Shown in pieces: positions 1-9,165 of a DNA stretch of 64,000 nucleotides. Both the position numbers and the translations under genes were made by a program. The DNA is from a virus (Duplodnaviria; Caudoviricetes). The notes beneath the pieces are model-generated. The model had not been told where the DNA came from, searched no databases, and saw only the letters and a program-made list of their open reading frames with translations. The stretch covers positions 96,001 to 160,000 of IMG/VR virus record IMGVR_UViG_3300043434_000734, one strand, 5' to 3'. The stretch's first letter is position 1. Each line of letters begins with the position of its first letter.

Positions 1-171
1 ACGGGAGAAAGAAAAAATTCACATCTTAAAACACATACAAAGAAAGATAATTATTCTATACCAACTAATCTAATAAAAAGTAATTCACATAAAAATTCAA
101 TATCGGCAATTAAAATAGGTGGTTTATTTGAACAAGAAATTGAAAAAATTAAAAAATTAATATCATATTAA
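1..171 (+). CDS. 3' end of truncated gene; ends LFEQEIEKIKKLISY*
   Basis: Frame 1 is open from base 1 to TAA at 169-171; C-terminal helix motif shared with other virion-associated proteins. Confidence 0.7.
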   Translation, partial: TGERKNSHLKTHTKKDNYSIPTNLIKSNSHKNSISAIKIGGLFEQEIEKIKKLISY

Positions 172-172
172 T

Positions 173-850
173 ATGACAAAATTAGACACATTATCTGAAA
201 AATTTAGATTAGACAACATCACAAGAAACCCTTATAACGATAAAAATAACTATTCATCGTTAAGTGCAAACGCTCTATCTGATAAAGATGACAAAGGTAA
301 AGGTGAAAACAATGGTAAAATTGGTTCGGCAACCGACATTATTAATCGCACATCTAACGTTACAAAAAACACTTTTAATGAAAATAATCAATACAACGTA
401 TTAAATCCAAGAGCGCTTGCCGACGGAGATGATTACGGTAAAGGACAAAAAGATAATAACGTTGCTGTTGGTAGTAAAACTGACATTAAAAGTAGAAATG
501 AATTATTATCGAAAAATACATACGGTAAAAATAAAGGATATAGTTCACTTAATCCAAATGCCCTATCTGATAATGATAACAAAGGTAAGGGAGAGAATGA
601 TGGTAAAGTTGGTTCGTTTACTGATATTAAAATGAGAACGGAAAACTTAGGTAGAAATACTTATAATTCAGAAAATGGTTATAATTTAATTAATAAAAAT
701 GCAATATCAGATGGTGACGATTATGGTAAAGGTCAAAATGGACCTAATGGAACTATCGGATCGAAAACTGATATTTTAAAACGAGTTGAAAACACCGGTA
801 AAAACGAATATAACAGTAAAAAGGAATATAATAGACACCCAAAAGTATAA
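173..850 (+). CDS. Tandem-repeat protein (4 x 47-49 aa, ALSDxDxxGKG...GSxTDI)
   Basis: Repeats visible in the translation. Confidence 0.85.
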   Translation: MTKLDTLSEKFRLDNITRNPYNDKNNYSSLSANALSDKDDKGKGENNGKIGSATDIINRTSNVTKNTFNENNQYNVLNPRALADGDDYGKGQKDNNVAVGSKTDIKSRNELLSKNTYGKNKGYSSLNPNALSDNDNKGKGENDGKVGSFTDIKMRTENLGRNTYNSENGYNLINKNAISDGDDYGKGQNGPNGTIGSKTDILKRVENTGKNEYNSKKEYNRHPKV

Positions 851-851
851 A

Positions 852-1565
852 ATGATAATAAATAACACATTCTTTAAAATTCTTGAAGAACAAAATATAT
901 TAAAAACGACAAAAACAAAACCTATTGTTGATGCAATAAAAAATAGGAATAAGATTTCGTTTTATTATTCAGGACCAAGAAAACCTAAAAAAGATAGTGT
1001 AAAATCAGGTTATAGAGTAAAGGCGGAAGTAGTTGCGTTAGGGTTAAGTAAAAAAGGTAATCTAATCATTAGAGCATACGTACAGCCACCATCAACAACC
1101 AAAACCGGTTTTGCTAAAGGTGGATGGAGAACTTTTATGGTCGGTAGAATGGGAAGTGTTCAAATAACTGACGAAAAATTTGACGAAAAAAGACCCAATT
1201 ACAAAGAAGGTGATGACAGTTCGATGTCAGTGACTTATGTAACGGCAAATTGGACTAAACAACCTAAAAAAGTTAAATCAATTGAAAAACCAACAGTAGA
1301 ACCACCACAACAAATCTCTCCAACGGTGCAAGTAACAAAACCCGAAGTAAAAGATATTAAAGTAAGTCCCGAGGAACTTCCTCAACCAAAACCTGAGGAA
1401 AAACCACAACCCCAAGTTGAACCTACAGATGTTAATTTAAAAACTGATGATGAAGAGCTTCCTCAACCAAAACCTGAGGAAAAACCACAACCTAACCCAG
1501 ATGATGAGGAAAATGTGGAACTTAAAGAAAGTATAAAGAAAATTAAGAGTTTAATGTTTTCATAA
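852..1565 (+). CDS. Stand-alone WYL-domain protein with Pro/Glu-rich tail
   Basis: AIKNRNKISFYY...ALG...IRAY...WRTFMVGRM matches the WYL pattern; ATG at 852 follows the upstream stop. Confidence 0.7.
   Translation: MIINNTFFKILEEQNILKTTKTKPIVDAIKNRNKISFYYSGPRKPKKDSVKSGYRVKAEVVALGLSKKGNLIIRAYVQPPSTTKTGFAKGGWRTFMVGRMGSVQITDEKFDEKRPNYKEGDDSSMSVTYVTANWTKQPKKVKSIEKPTVEPPQQISPTVQVTKPEVKDIKVSPEELPQPKPEEKPQPQVEPTDVNLKTDDEELPQPKPEEKPQPNPDDEENVELKESIKKIKSLMFS
1377..1492 (+). repeat. Exact 35-bp direct repeat (1377-1411, 1458-1492) encoding LPQPKPEEKPQP
   Basis: cttcctcaaccaaaacctgaggaaaaaccacaacc occurs twice. Confidence 0.95.
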
Positions 1566-1598
1566 AAAACGTTATTATTATAAAAACAAATTAGAATT

Positions 1599-2171
1599 AT
1601 GGCACAAGGTCAAGGAAGTATTACGTCAAACGATTTAATGTTAAAATTAGTACAAGCGAAGAAAGTAATGAACAAAGTGGATGGTGGTAATTTTGAAAGA
1701 GGTCACGTTAATGAATCTATGTTATTATCTGACCCATCAGAATTTTTAAATTCACAAGAACCAATACAGACTTCAACAAAACCTGTCGGAGTACCTAATG
1801 CTGACAAAATACAAAATTCTAAATTACCTGACGCAATTAAAAAGGCAATGATGGAAAACCCAATTCAACAAATTTCACTTAATGATACCCTAGATATGGA
1901 TTTTGTTAAGGGTGCAAAACGTTTAATGGAACAAGAAGGTGTATCCACAAAGAAACAAACACAACAACCACAAAGACAATCTTCTGGTGTTAATATCGAT
2001 ATGAATGCAATCGCAGTTTTAATCGAAAATACGGTTCGTAAAGTTATGGATGAGAAATTAAATCAAATTCTAACGGCACAAACAACCTCAACAATTAACG
2101 AAAACTTAGTATTAAAGGTTGGAGACTCAATCTTTAAAGGAAAAATTACAGGGGTAAATAAAGCAAAGTAG
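1599..2171 (+). CDS. Hypothetical protein
   Basis: 190-aa ORF with A-rich start context. Confidence 0.8.
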   Translation: MAQGQGSITSNDLMLKLVQAKKVMNKVDGGNFERGHVNESMLLSDPSEFLNSQEPIQTSTKPVGVPNADKIQNSKLPDAIKKAMMENPIQQISLNDTLDMDFVKGAKRLMEQEGVSTKKQTQQPQRQSSGVNIDMNAIAVLIENTVRKVMDEKLNQILTAQTTSTINENLVLKVGDSIFKGKITGVNKAK

Positions 2172-2222
2172 TTTTGTTTTTTCATTTTTTTTTGTTATAT
2201 TTTTCTTATATAACTTAGATTA

Positions 2223-3449
2223 ATGTCAAAAATTAAAATTTTAGCAATCCCATCAGACAAACACGGTGTTGGGAAATTTAGAATGATGGACCCGTATAAA
2301 TTTATCGGGGAAAACCATTCTGATGATGTGCACGTTGATATCACATTCAACGCCGAAGATAAAGACGAATATTTTTTAAATTACGATATTGTAGTTTTTC
2401 ACTCATTTATTCACCAAACAAATCACGATTCTAATATAAAGAGAATAAAATGGTTACAATCAAAAGGTATTAAGGTTGTAATGGACATTGATGATTTATG
2501 GTTTGTTGATCAAAGACACCCAATGTATTATCAAATTAAAGTTTCAGGTATTGCTGAAATGAAGATTGAAATGTTAAAGTTGGTCGATTACGTTTCAACA
2601 ACTACATCCATTTTTGCACAAACAATTAAAGAACGATTAGGTGTGAAAAATGTTGTTATTTTTCCTAATGCAGTTAATGAAGACGAACCACAATTCAAAC
2701 GTGAAACCGTCAAATCTGATAAAGTTAGATTTGGTTGGTTAGGTGGGTCTTCTCACTTATACGATATTGAATTAATGTCAAGTGGTATTGCTACAACTCA
2801 CAATTTATTTAAAGATAAAGTTCAGTTTGTTTTATGTGGTTTTGACATAAGAGGGTCGGTAACTGAAATTGACCCAAAAACTAAGCAACAAAGACAACGA
2901 CAAATTAGACCCATTGAAACAGTTTGGTATAAGTATGAGAAATTCTTTACTGATGATTATCGAGCTGTAAGTCCTGAATATAAATCATACCTTAATACAT
3001 TTGTTGAAACATCTTACGATGATATTAATTTACCATATAGAAGAAAATGGACAAAAGAAATTAATTCATATGCAACAAATTATAATACTTTTGATGTATC
3101 TTTGGCACCGTTAGTGGAATCTATGTTTAATGCTAATAAGTCACAATTAAAAGTTATCGAGGCTGGTTTTCATAAAAAGGCAATTATCGCAAGTGAAACT
3201 CAACCATATACATTAGATTTAATATCTGCAGTTGATGAGGGTAAGTTTAACAATAAAGGAAATGCATTATTCGTTAACCCAAAAAGAAATCATAAAGATT
3301 GGGCAAAACATATGAAACGTTTAATTGAAAATCCTAATATGATTGAGGATTTAGGTGAACGTTTATATGAGACAGTAAAAGACACGTATTCATTAAAAAA
3401 AGTATGTGGAGATAGATTAGAATTTTTTAAAACAATTATAAATAAATAA
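2223..3449 (+). CDS. Glycosyltransferase (GT-B/GT4-like)
   Basis: MDIDDLW, FGWLGGSSH, DVSLAPL..SMFNANKSQLKVIEAG motifs. Confidence 0.85.
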   Translation: MSKIKILAIPSDKHGVGKFRMMDPYKFIGENHSDDVHVDITFNAEDKDEYFLNYDIVVFHSFIHQTNHDSNIKRIKWLQSKGIKVVMDIDDLWFVDQRHPMYYQIKVSGIAEMKIEMLKLVDYVSTTTSIFAQTIKERLGVKNVVIFPNAVNEDEPQFKRETVKSDKVRFGWLGGSSHLYDIELMSSGIATTHNLFKDKVQFVLCGFDIRGSVTEIDPKTKQQRQRQIRPIETVWYKYEKFFTDDYRAVSPEYKSYLNTFVETSYDDINLPYRRKWTKEINSYATNYNTFDVSLAPLVESMFNANKSQLKVIEAGFHKKAIIASETQPYTLDLISAVDEGKFNNKGNALFVNPKRNHKDWAKHMKRLIENPNMIEDLGERLYETVKDTYSLKKVCGDRLEFFKTIINK

Positions 3450-3460
3450 AACAAACAATT

Positions 3461-3691
3461 ATGCACTACACAGTAACAGTAGGATACGAATCCGAACAAT
3501 TAGACAGAGAGGGTAACCCACGTTTAACAAAATCAAATATCATAGTACAAGCCGAGTCAAATGCTGAAGCTAATATTACGGCATCTAAATTTTTAGCTGG
3601 AGATATTCGATCAAGTCAAATTATCGATGTTAAAAGATTAAAAATCGATTGTGTGATTGATGAAAAAAATACACCAGAATATTACAAATAG
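3461..3691 (+). CDS. Hypothetical protein
   Basis: 76-aa ORF in operon context. Confidence 0.75.
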   Translation: MHYTVTVGYESEQLDREGNPRLTKSNIIVQAESNAEANITASKFLAGDIRSSQIIDVKRLKIDCVIDEKNTPEYYK

Positions 3692-3715
3692 AAATAAGTA
3701 AACACCAACTGTACA

Positions 3716-3937
3716 ATGGAATTTTATAGTAAAGATATACAAATTATGCGCCAATCTCAAAGTAAGATGGCGTTAGAATACCTAACTACAGTTGGTGTTC
3801 AAGTTACTTTTGAAGAGTTTCAACGTGTAACTGATGTGTTTGTTGAGTGTTGTTTACGACCTCAAGATAACGACTTAAAAGAGAGAATTAAGAAGTTAGA
3901 TAAATGGATTTTAGAAAAAAAGAATAACAATGGATAA
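3716..3937 (+). CDS. Hypothetical protein
   Basis: 73-aa ORF overlapping the next start. Confidence 0.75.
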   Translation: MEFYSKDIQIMRQSQSKMALEYLTTVGVQVTFEEFQRVTDVFVECCLRPQDNDLKERIKKLDKWILEKKNNNG

Positions 3938-4559
3938 GGGTGAAGCGGAAGAGTATTTAAAAAAATTAGAGAATTTAGAAAAAAACATAAATTCTGATGA
4001 TGGTGATGAAGATGGTATTGATTTAAATTTTATTGGGGAATTAAATGAACTACTATCTAAGTTAGAACAAGAATTTAAAGTAGACCAATCAAAAACACAA
4101 ATGAACAATAATGGTACAATTATTGATAATGGTGTTATGGTTAAGGTTAAGAAATTACAACCGAATGCGGTGATACCATCCTACTCAAAAATTGGCGACG
4201 CTGGAATGGATTTAACAATAACAAGGGAAATTGAAAATACATCTTTTAGTGTTTCATACGGTTTTGGCATTGCAATGGAAATTCCTAAAGGTTATGTCGG
4301 TTTAGTTTTCCCTCGTTCATCAGTACGTAACCAAGATTTGATTCTATCAAATTGTGTTGGTGTTATCGATAGTGGATATAGGGGGGAATTACAGGCAACA
4401 TTTAAAAAAACTAACGGACTCGACTCTCAAAAGTATAAAGTAGGCGAGAGAGGTGCTCAGATTATTATATTACCTTACCCTCAAGTATTTATGACTGAAG
4501 TTCCAGAATTATCTGATTCCGAAAGAGGAGAAGGTGGATTCGGTTCAACTGGAAAATAG
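3930..4559 (+). CDS. dut: Trimeric dUTPase with acidic N-terminal extension
   Basis: AGMDL, PRSS, GVIDSGYRGE, RGEGGFGSTG. Confidence 0.95.
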   Translation: MDKGEAEEYLKKLENLEKNINSDDGDEDGIDLNFIGELNELLSKLEQEFKVDQSKTQMNNNGTIIDNGVMVKVKKLQPNAVIPSYSKIGDAGMDLTITREIENTSFSVSYGFGIAMEIPKGYVGLVFPRSSVRNQDLILSNCVGVIDSGYRGELQATFKKTNGLDSQKYKVGERGAQIIILPYPQVFMTEVPELSDSERGEGGFGSTGK

Positions 4560-4599
4560 TATATTTATAATAAATAATTAGAATTTAAAATAGAAAATT

Positions 4600-5337
4600 T
4601 TGGCATTAAAACCTAAAGTCGGAAAATCACACCAACAAACCACCACCCTTACACCCGATGAAAAGAAAATTTCTCATAAAGAGAAAATTAGACAAATAAT
4701 CAAAAAACCAAAGGAAAAGTTTCTTACAAAAAATCAAGAAGAATACTGGAAAACATTAGGTGAAAATCAAATAACATTATGTTTTGGTCCTGCCGGTGTC
4801 GGTAAATCGTACATTGCTATGAAAAGGGCCGTGGACTTACTTTGGGACGATACCAATAAGTATGAGAAAATAATCATTGTTAGACCAGCTGTCGAAGCAG
4901 AAGAAAAATTAGGTTCACTACCGGGTGGTTTAGAAGAAAAATTAGACCCATATATCTACCCATCTTATTATCTTTTAAACAAAATAATTGGAAAAGAGGC
5001 GAGAGAAAGTTTAAAAGATATGGGTTATATCGAAGTTGCTGCACTTGCTTATATGAGAGGTTGGAACGTAGATAATACCATATTAGTATTTGAAGAAGCA
5101 CAAAACGCCACACCATCACAAATAAAGTTACTTTTAACTCGTATTGGATTCAATTCCAAGTTTTTTATCTCGGGAGATTTGGAACAATCTGACAAATATC
5201 GTGATAAAACTAAATCGGGTTTATATGACGCGAAAAAAAGATTAGGTGATGTAAATGGAATTGGTATTTTTGAATTTGATAATTCGGACATTGTTAGAAA
5301 TCCAATCATTGGTGAAATTTTGAATAGATACGATTAG
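4600..5337 (+). CDS. phoH: PhoH-family ATPase
   Basis: GPAGVGKS, RPAVEA, LPG, YMRG, EEAQN, GDLEQSD. Confidence 0.95.
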   Translation: MALKPKVGKSHQQTTTLTPDEKKISHKEKIRQIIKKPKEKFLTKNQEEYWKTLGENQITLCFGPAGVGKSYIAMKRAVDLLWDDTNKYEKIIIVRPAVEAEEKLGSLPGGLEEKLDPYIYPSYYLLNKIIGKEARESLKDMGYIEVAALAYMRGWNVDNTILVFEEAQNATPSQIKLLLTRIGFNSKFFISGDLEQSDKYRDKTKSGLYDAKKRLGDVNGIGIFEFDNSDIVRNPIIGEILNRYD

Positions 5338-5374
5338 GGTTTACTTATGGACCGTTTAATGTTATATTTCATAT

Positions 5375-6028
5375 ATGGAAATATTCATTAGTATAGATGG
5401 CGTATTAAGAAACACAATACAAAAATTTGATTATCATTATAACGAAGCCTTTTTAGCTGAAGACGTTGTACTTGAAGATAACACCTTTGAATATGGTGTA
5501 ACCGAACCTATTGAAAACGATAAGTTAATTAACTCATACAAATTCCAGTCAAAGGAAGAGTATGAGTTTTTTATGTTTATGGAATACCCAATTGAAATTT
5601 TCGGTCACGCCGGATTAAGTTATTCAACAACATTTACGGATTTACATAAAATAATTTTTGATAATCAGGAACACAACATCACATTAATAGGGTTAGATGA
5701 ACTTGGTAAAGCCAAGCCAGCAACGCTGTTCTTTTTATCTAAAAATGGATTCTTAGGTAACAAGATAAAATTTGCTAAAAGTGACGAAATTGAGAAGTTA
5801 TGGAACGAGTGTGATGTATGGGTTACAGATAGTAAATATGTTTTAGATAACTGTCCAGAAAATAAAACTGGACTCAAATTCATCACTAAGTACAACACAC
5901 ACTTTACTTATAAAAAAGAAATATCTAAATTAACTGAAATACAAGATTTATGGTCGAACTCTTCGGAAAAAACTACTACATTGATCTCGATGGAATCACA
6001 GAAAAATGTAGAACAGGAAACAAAATAG
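5375..6028 (+). CDS. HAD/5'-nucleotidase-like protein with degenerate motif I
   Basis: IFISIDGVLRN resembles hhhDhDGVL with the first Asp replaced by Ser. Confidence 0.55.
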   Translation: MEIFISIDGVLRNTIQKFDYHYNEAFLAEDVVLEDNTFEYGVTEPIENDKLINSYKFQSKEEYEFFMFMEYPIEIFGHAGLSYSTTFTDLHKIIFDNQEHNITLIGLDELGKAKPATLFFLSKNGFLGNKIKFAKSDEIEKLWNECDVWVTDSKYVLDNCPENKTGLKFITKYNTHFTYKKEISKLTEIQDLWSNSSEKTTTLISMESQKNVEQETK

Positions 6029-6234
6029 AAACGGAAGAAACTGATGAAGACACTTTAGAAATTAACATCTTTAAATATGAAATTATTAAGATGTGTTTGG
6101 ATAGGGTTTTATCAGAATATGAGGAAGTTGATGATGCGTTAGGTGCATTTGGTAAAAATGCACAATCATCATCATTTAAAATAGCATTTAACACTTTAAT
6201 AAAATACGAAATATTAATCGAAGACGATGAGTAA
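5950..6234 (+). CDS. Hypothetical protein
   Basis: 94-aa ORF coupled to the next gene. Confidence 0.7.
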   Translation: MVELFGKNYYIDLDGITEKCRTGNKIETEETDEDTLEINIFKYEIIKMCLDRVLSEYEEVDDALGAFGKNAQSSSFKIAFNTLIKYEILIEDDE

Positions 6235-7291
6235 ACAAGAAAACATAGAAAAATTAGAATCTGCAATTAGTAGATTACAAACAAATGAGAATGTCGTATA
6301 TTTTTTATCATACGACACCAAAAATAATGCCAGAGCTTCTGTAAAACATATCTATGATATGGCGTTAACTCTTAAAAATAACGGAGGAAATGTTAAAATT
6401 TTAGTTGAGGATAACACATACAGCGGTGTAAGTGGGTGGTTAGATGAAGAATACACTAATCTACCAATAGTTTCAATTAAAGATGATAAAATTGAAATTT
6501 CAATTGACGATGTGATTGTGGTACCCGAATACTACTCAAACGTATTACAACAATTATCGAATTTAAAATGTACTAAAGTTATGTTAGTACAACAAAAAGA
6601 TTACATTTTTGAAACATTACCAATTGGTAGTAGATGGAGTGATTATGGTTTTGATAAAGTTATCACTACAACTGAAGAATCTAAAAAATATATTTTAGAT
6701 GTATTTCCAGAATCGTTAGTTCATATTATTCCACCAATTATCGGAGATAATTTTACACATAGTGATGGTATTATTAAACCGTACATTGCTATTAGTTGTA
6801 GAGACAGAGTAATACACAGGAAAATAATTTCAGAATTTTATATCAAATACCCACATTTACGTTGGATATCATTTAGAGATATGGTTCAATTACCATATAG
6901 TGAATTCTCTGAAGTATTAAAAGAATGTGCTGTTTCCGTATGGGTTGATGATGAAAGTACATTTGGTACATTCCCATTAGAATCGATGAAGTGTGGCGTA
7001 CCCGTTGTTGGCAAAATCCCAAATACTGAACCTGATTGGTTAACTGAAAATGGTATGTGGACGTATGATGCAAATAAAATTGTTGACTTATTGGGTACAT
7101 ATGTTTTAGCTTGGTTAGAAGGGGTTGAACTAACTGATGAAGTTAAAGATAAGATGAAGGAAACTTTATTACCTTATAACACTGAAATCACAAAGAATAA
7201 CATTACGTCTGTCTTTAATTCTTTCACTAATAAAAGAATCGAAACAATAACAAAGGCATTAGAAAAATTAAAACAAGAAGAGGAAGCATAA
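6227..7291 (+). CDS. Glycosyltransferase-like (GT-B)
   Basis: VWVDDESTFGTFPLESMKCGVPVVG resembles E-x-F-G-x-x-x-x-E-A-M-x-x-G-x-P-V. Confidence 0.75.
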   Translation: MSKQENIEKLESAISRLQTNENVVYFLSYDTKNNARASVKHIYDMALTLKNNGGNVKILVEDNTYSGVSGWLDEEYTNLPIVSIKDDKIEISIDDVIVVPEYYSNVLQQLSNLKCTKVMLVQQKDYIFETLPIGSRWSDYGFDKVITTTEESKKYILDVFPESLVHIIPPIIGDNFTHSDGIIKPYIAISCRDRVIHRKIISEFYIKYPHLRWISFRDMVQLPYSEFSEVLKECAVSVWVDDESTFGTFPLESMKCGVPVVGKIPNTEPDWLTENGMWTYDANKIVDLLGTYVLAWLEGVELTDEVKDKMKETLLPYNTEITKNNITSVFNSFTNKRIETITKALEKLKQEEEA

Positions 7292-7292
7292 T

Positions 7293-8072
7293 ATGAAAAA
7301 TATAACAGTATTATTACCGGTACACACAATCGAGGGAAGTTATGAAGAAATGTTAAACAATGCGGTTAAATCCGTTGAAGATTTTCACAACGACGTGATT
7401 CTTTCAATTGTTTGTCCAAAAAACGTTGCAGATAACTTAGGTACACTATCGGATAAATTAGAAATTAAAATTGTGATTAATGAAGGTCAAACTGATTTTT
7501 GTTCACAAATTAATTTAGGTATAGACAAATGTGAAACTGAGTGGTTTACAATTTTAGAAATTGACGATGAATTTAAATCAGTTTGGTTAAAAACTGTAAA
7601 TCAATATACTAAGGCAAATACCGATGTGGACGTATTTTTACCAATAGTTCGTGACATTAATGAAGAAGGTAAGTTTATTTCATTTACAAATGAATCTGCT
7701 TGGGCTTATGGATTCACGGAAAAACAAGGTTTTATTGATAATGAAGTTTTATTAGATTTTCAAAATTACCAAATTAGTGGTGGATTATATAAAACGTCTG
7801 TCATCAAAGAAAATGGTTCCTTAAAAGAAAATATTAAATTGACCTTTGGTTATGAATTCTTATTGAGATTAACACATAATGGTGTTAAAGTAATGACAAT
7901 GCCAAAGATTGGATATCAACACCTTAACTTTAGAGAAGATTCATTATTTTGGAGTTATAAAAATAATGAGACAACTAAATTGACCGAAGACGAAGTTAAG
8001 TTTTGGTTAGAGGCGGCGAAGAAAGAGTTTTTCTTCAAAAATAAACGAGATGTAAATTATGAAGTAGTTTAA
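7293..8072 (+). CDS. Glycosyltransferase family 2
   Basis: ITVLLPVH start, N.GID.CETEWFTILEIDD (DxD-like). Confidence 0.8.
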   Translation: MKNITVLLPVHTIEGSYEEMLNNAVKSVEDFHNDVILSIVCPKNVADNLGTLSDKLEIKIVINEGQTDFCSQINLGIDKCETEWFTILEIDDEFKSVWLKTVNQYTKANTDVDVFLPIVRDINEEGKFISFTNESAWAYGFTEKQGFIDNEVLLDFQNYQISGGLYKTSVIKENGSLKENIKLTFGYEFLLRLTHNGVKVMTMPKIGYQHLNFREDSLFWSYKNNETTKLTEDEVKFWLEAAKKEFFFKNKRDVNYEVV

Positions 8073-8770
8073 TGCCAAGACCAAGAACCCAAAAGATATA
8101 CTTTGGGGAGGATCAAGAACAAGCGGTAGTACGATATTTAGAGTCCGAATCCGATGATGAAAGAAATAAGATATTCAATGAATATTTAAGAGAACCCCTA
8201 ATTATAATGGTCGAATCAATTATTCGACGTTATAAATTATACAGAAAAGATATGGAATTCGAGGAAATCCATACAGATACTATGTCTTTTCTAATTACGA
8301 AAATTAATAAATTCGACCATACTAAAAACACCAAGGCCTATTCGTATTTTGGTACCATTTGTAAGAATTATCTTATGGGGGCAATACAAAAAGATACGAA
8401 AGAACAAAATCGAAGTGTGTCGTATGATGACATTTCTTCCGATATGGAAGAGAGTCCACATTTATCATATGTCATCGATGAACACGTGATTGATTATCGA
8501 GATGTTATAATAAAACTCACGATGAATTTAGAGGATTTTGTTGAAAATCAAAACCTTACAGATAACGAGAGAAAATTAGGATATGCCTTACTTGAAATTT
8601 TCAGTAATTTCGATAAAATTTTTCAAGTCGGCGACGGTAATAAATTTAACAAAAACCTGATTTTACTCTCATTAAGAGAAATGACATCACTATCAACCAA
8701 AGAAATACGAGTTTCATTAAAACGATTCAAAAAGTTATATGACGGTATTTTAGGTGGATTTTTAGAATAA
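8072..8770 (+). CDS. Sigma-70-like factor (T4 gp55-like late sigma)
   Basis: Region-2-like PLIIMVESIIRRY...FLITKINKFDHTKNTKAYSYFGTICKNYL. Confidence 0.7.
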   Translation: MPRPRTQKIYFGEDQEQAVVRYLESESDDERNKIFNEYLREPLIIMVESIIRRYKLYRKDMEFEEIHTDTMSFLITKINKFDHTKNTKAYSYFGTICKNYLMGAIQKDTKEQNRSVSYDDISSDMEESPHLSYVIDEHVIDYRDVIIKLTMNLEDFVENQNLTDNERKLGYALLEIFSNFDKIFQVGDGNKFNKNLILLSLREMTSLSTKEIRVSLKRFKKLYDGILGGFLE

Positions 8771-8784
8771 ATCTATTTATAGGT

Positions 8785-9165
8785 ATGAGAGAAAGAAAAA
8801 ACAATATTACTTTAGATGTTGACTCTGCATTAGCATTGATGCAGGAAATATACAACGATGTTGTTGAAAACAGAAACACTGCGTCAATCATTATGAAAAA
8901 GATGATGAGTTTTATGAAAGACGCTGAGGATATGAGTGTTATTGGTCCTGTCATTAAAGAACAACAAAAAATTCTAAACGATTGTACTGAAAAGAAAATT
9001 TCGTTAGTTAAACTGCAAGGAGCATTGTTAAAACAGACGCAAGGTACTGGTAACGGTAAGGGAGGACCAATGGGTAAATTAAGTCTTTCTGATGAAGATT
9101 TAGATTTAATTGACAAATTGGTTAAACACGACCAAGATAAGAAAAGTGATAATTATATACTATAA
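8785..9165 (+). CDS. Hypothetical helical protein
   Basis: 126-aa ORF preceded by TATTTATA. Confidence 0.8.
   Translation: MRERKNNITLDVDSALALMQEIYNDVVENRNTASIIMKKMMSFMKDAEDMSVIGPVIKEQQKILNDCTEKKISLVKLQGALLKQTQGTGNGKGGPMGKLSLSDEDLDLIDKLVKHDQDKKSDNYIL

Noticed and set aside
173-850. Regularly spaced repeats as a possible CRISPR array
   Set aside because: Repeats are degenerate at DNA level, in frame and conserved as protein; no repeat-spacer array or cas gene seen anywhere in the window
8785-9165. Small terminase subunit
   Set aside because: Size and helicity fit, but no recognisable motif and it is not adjacent to terL
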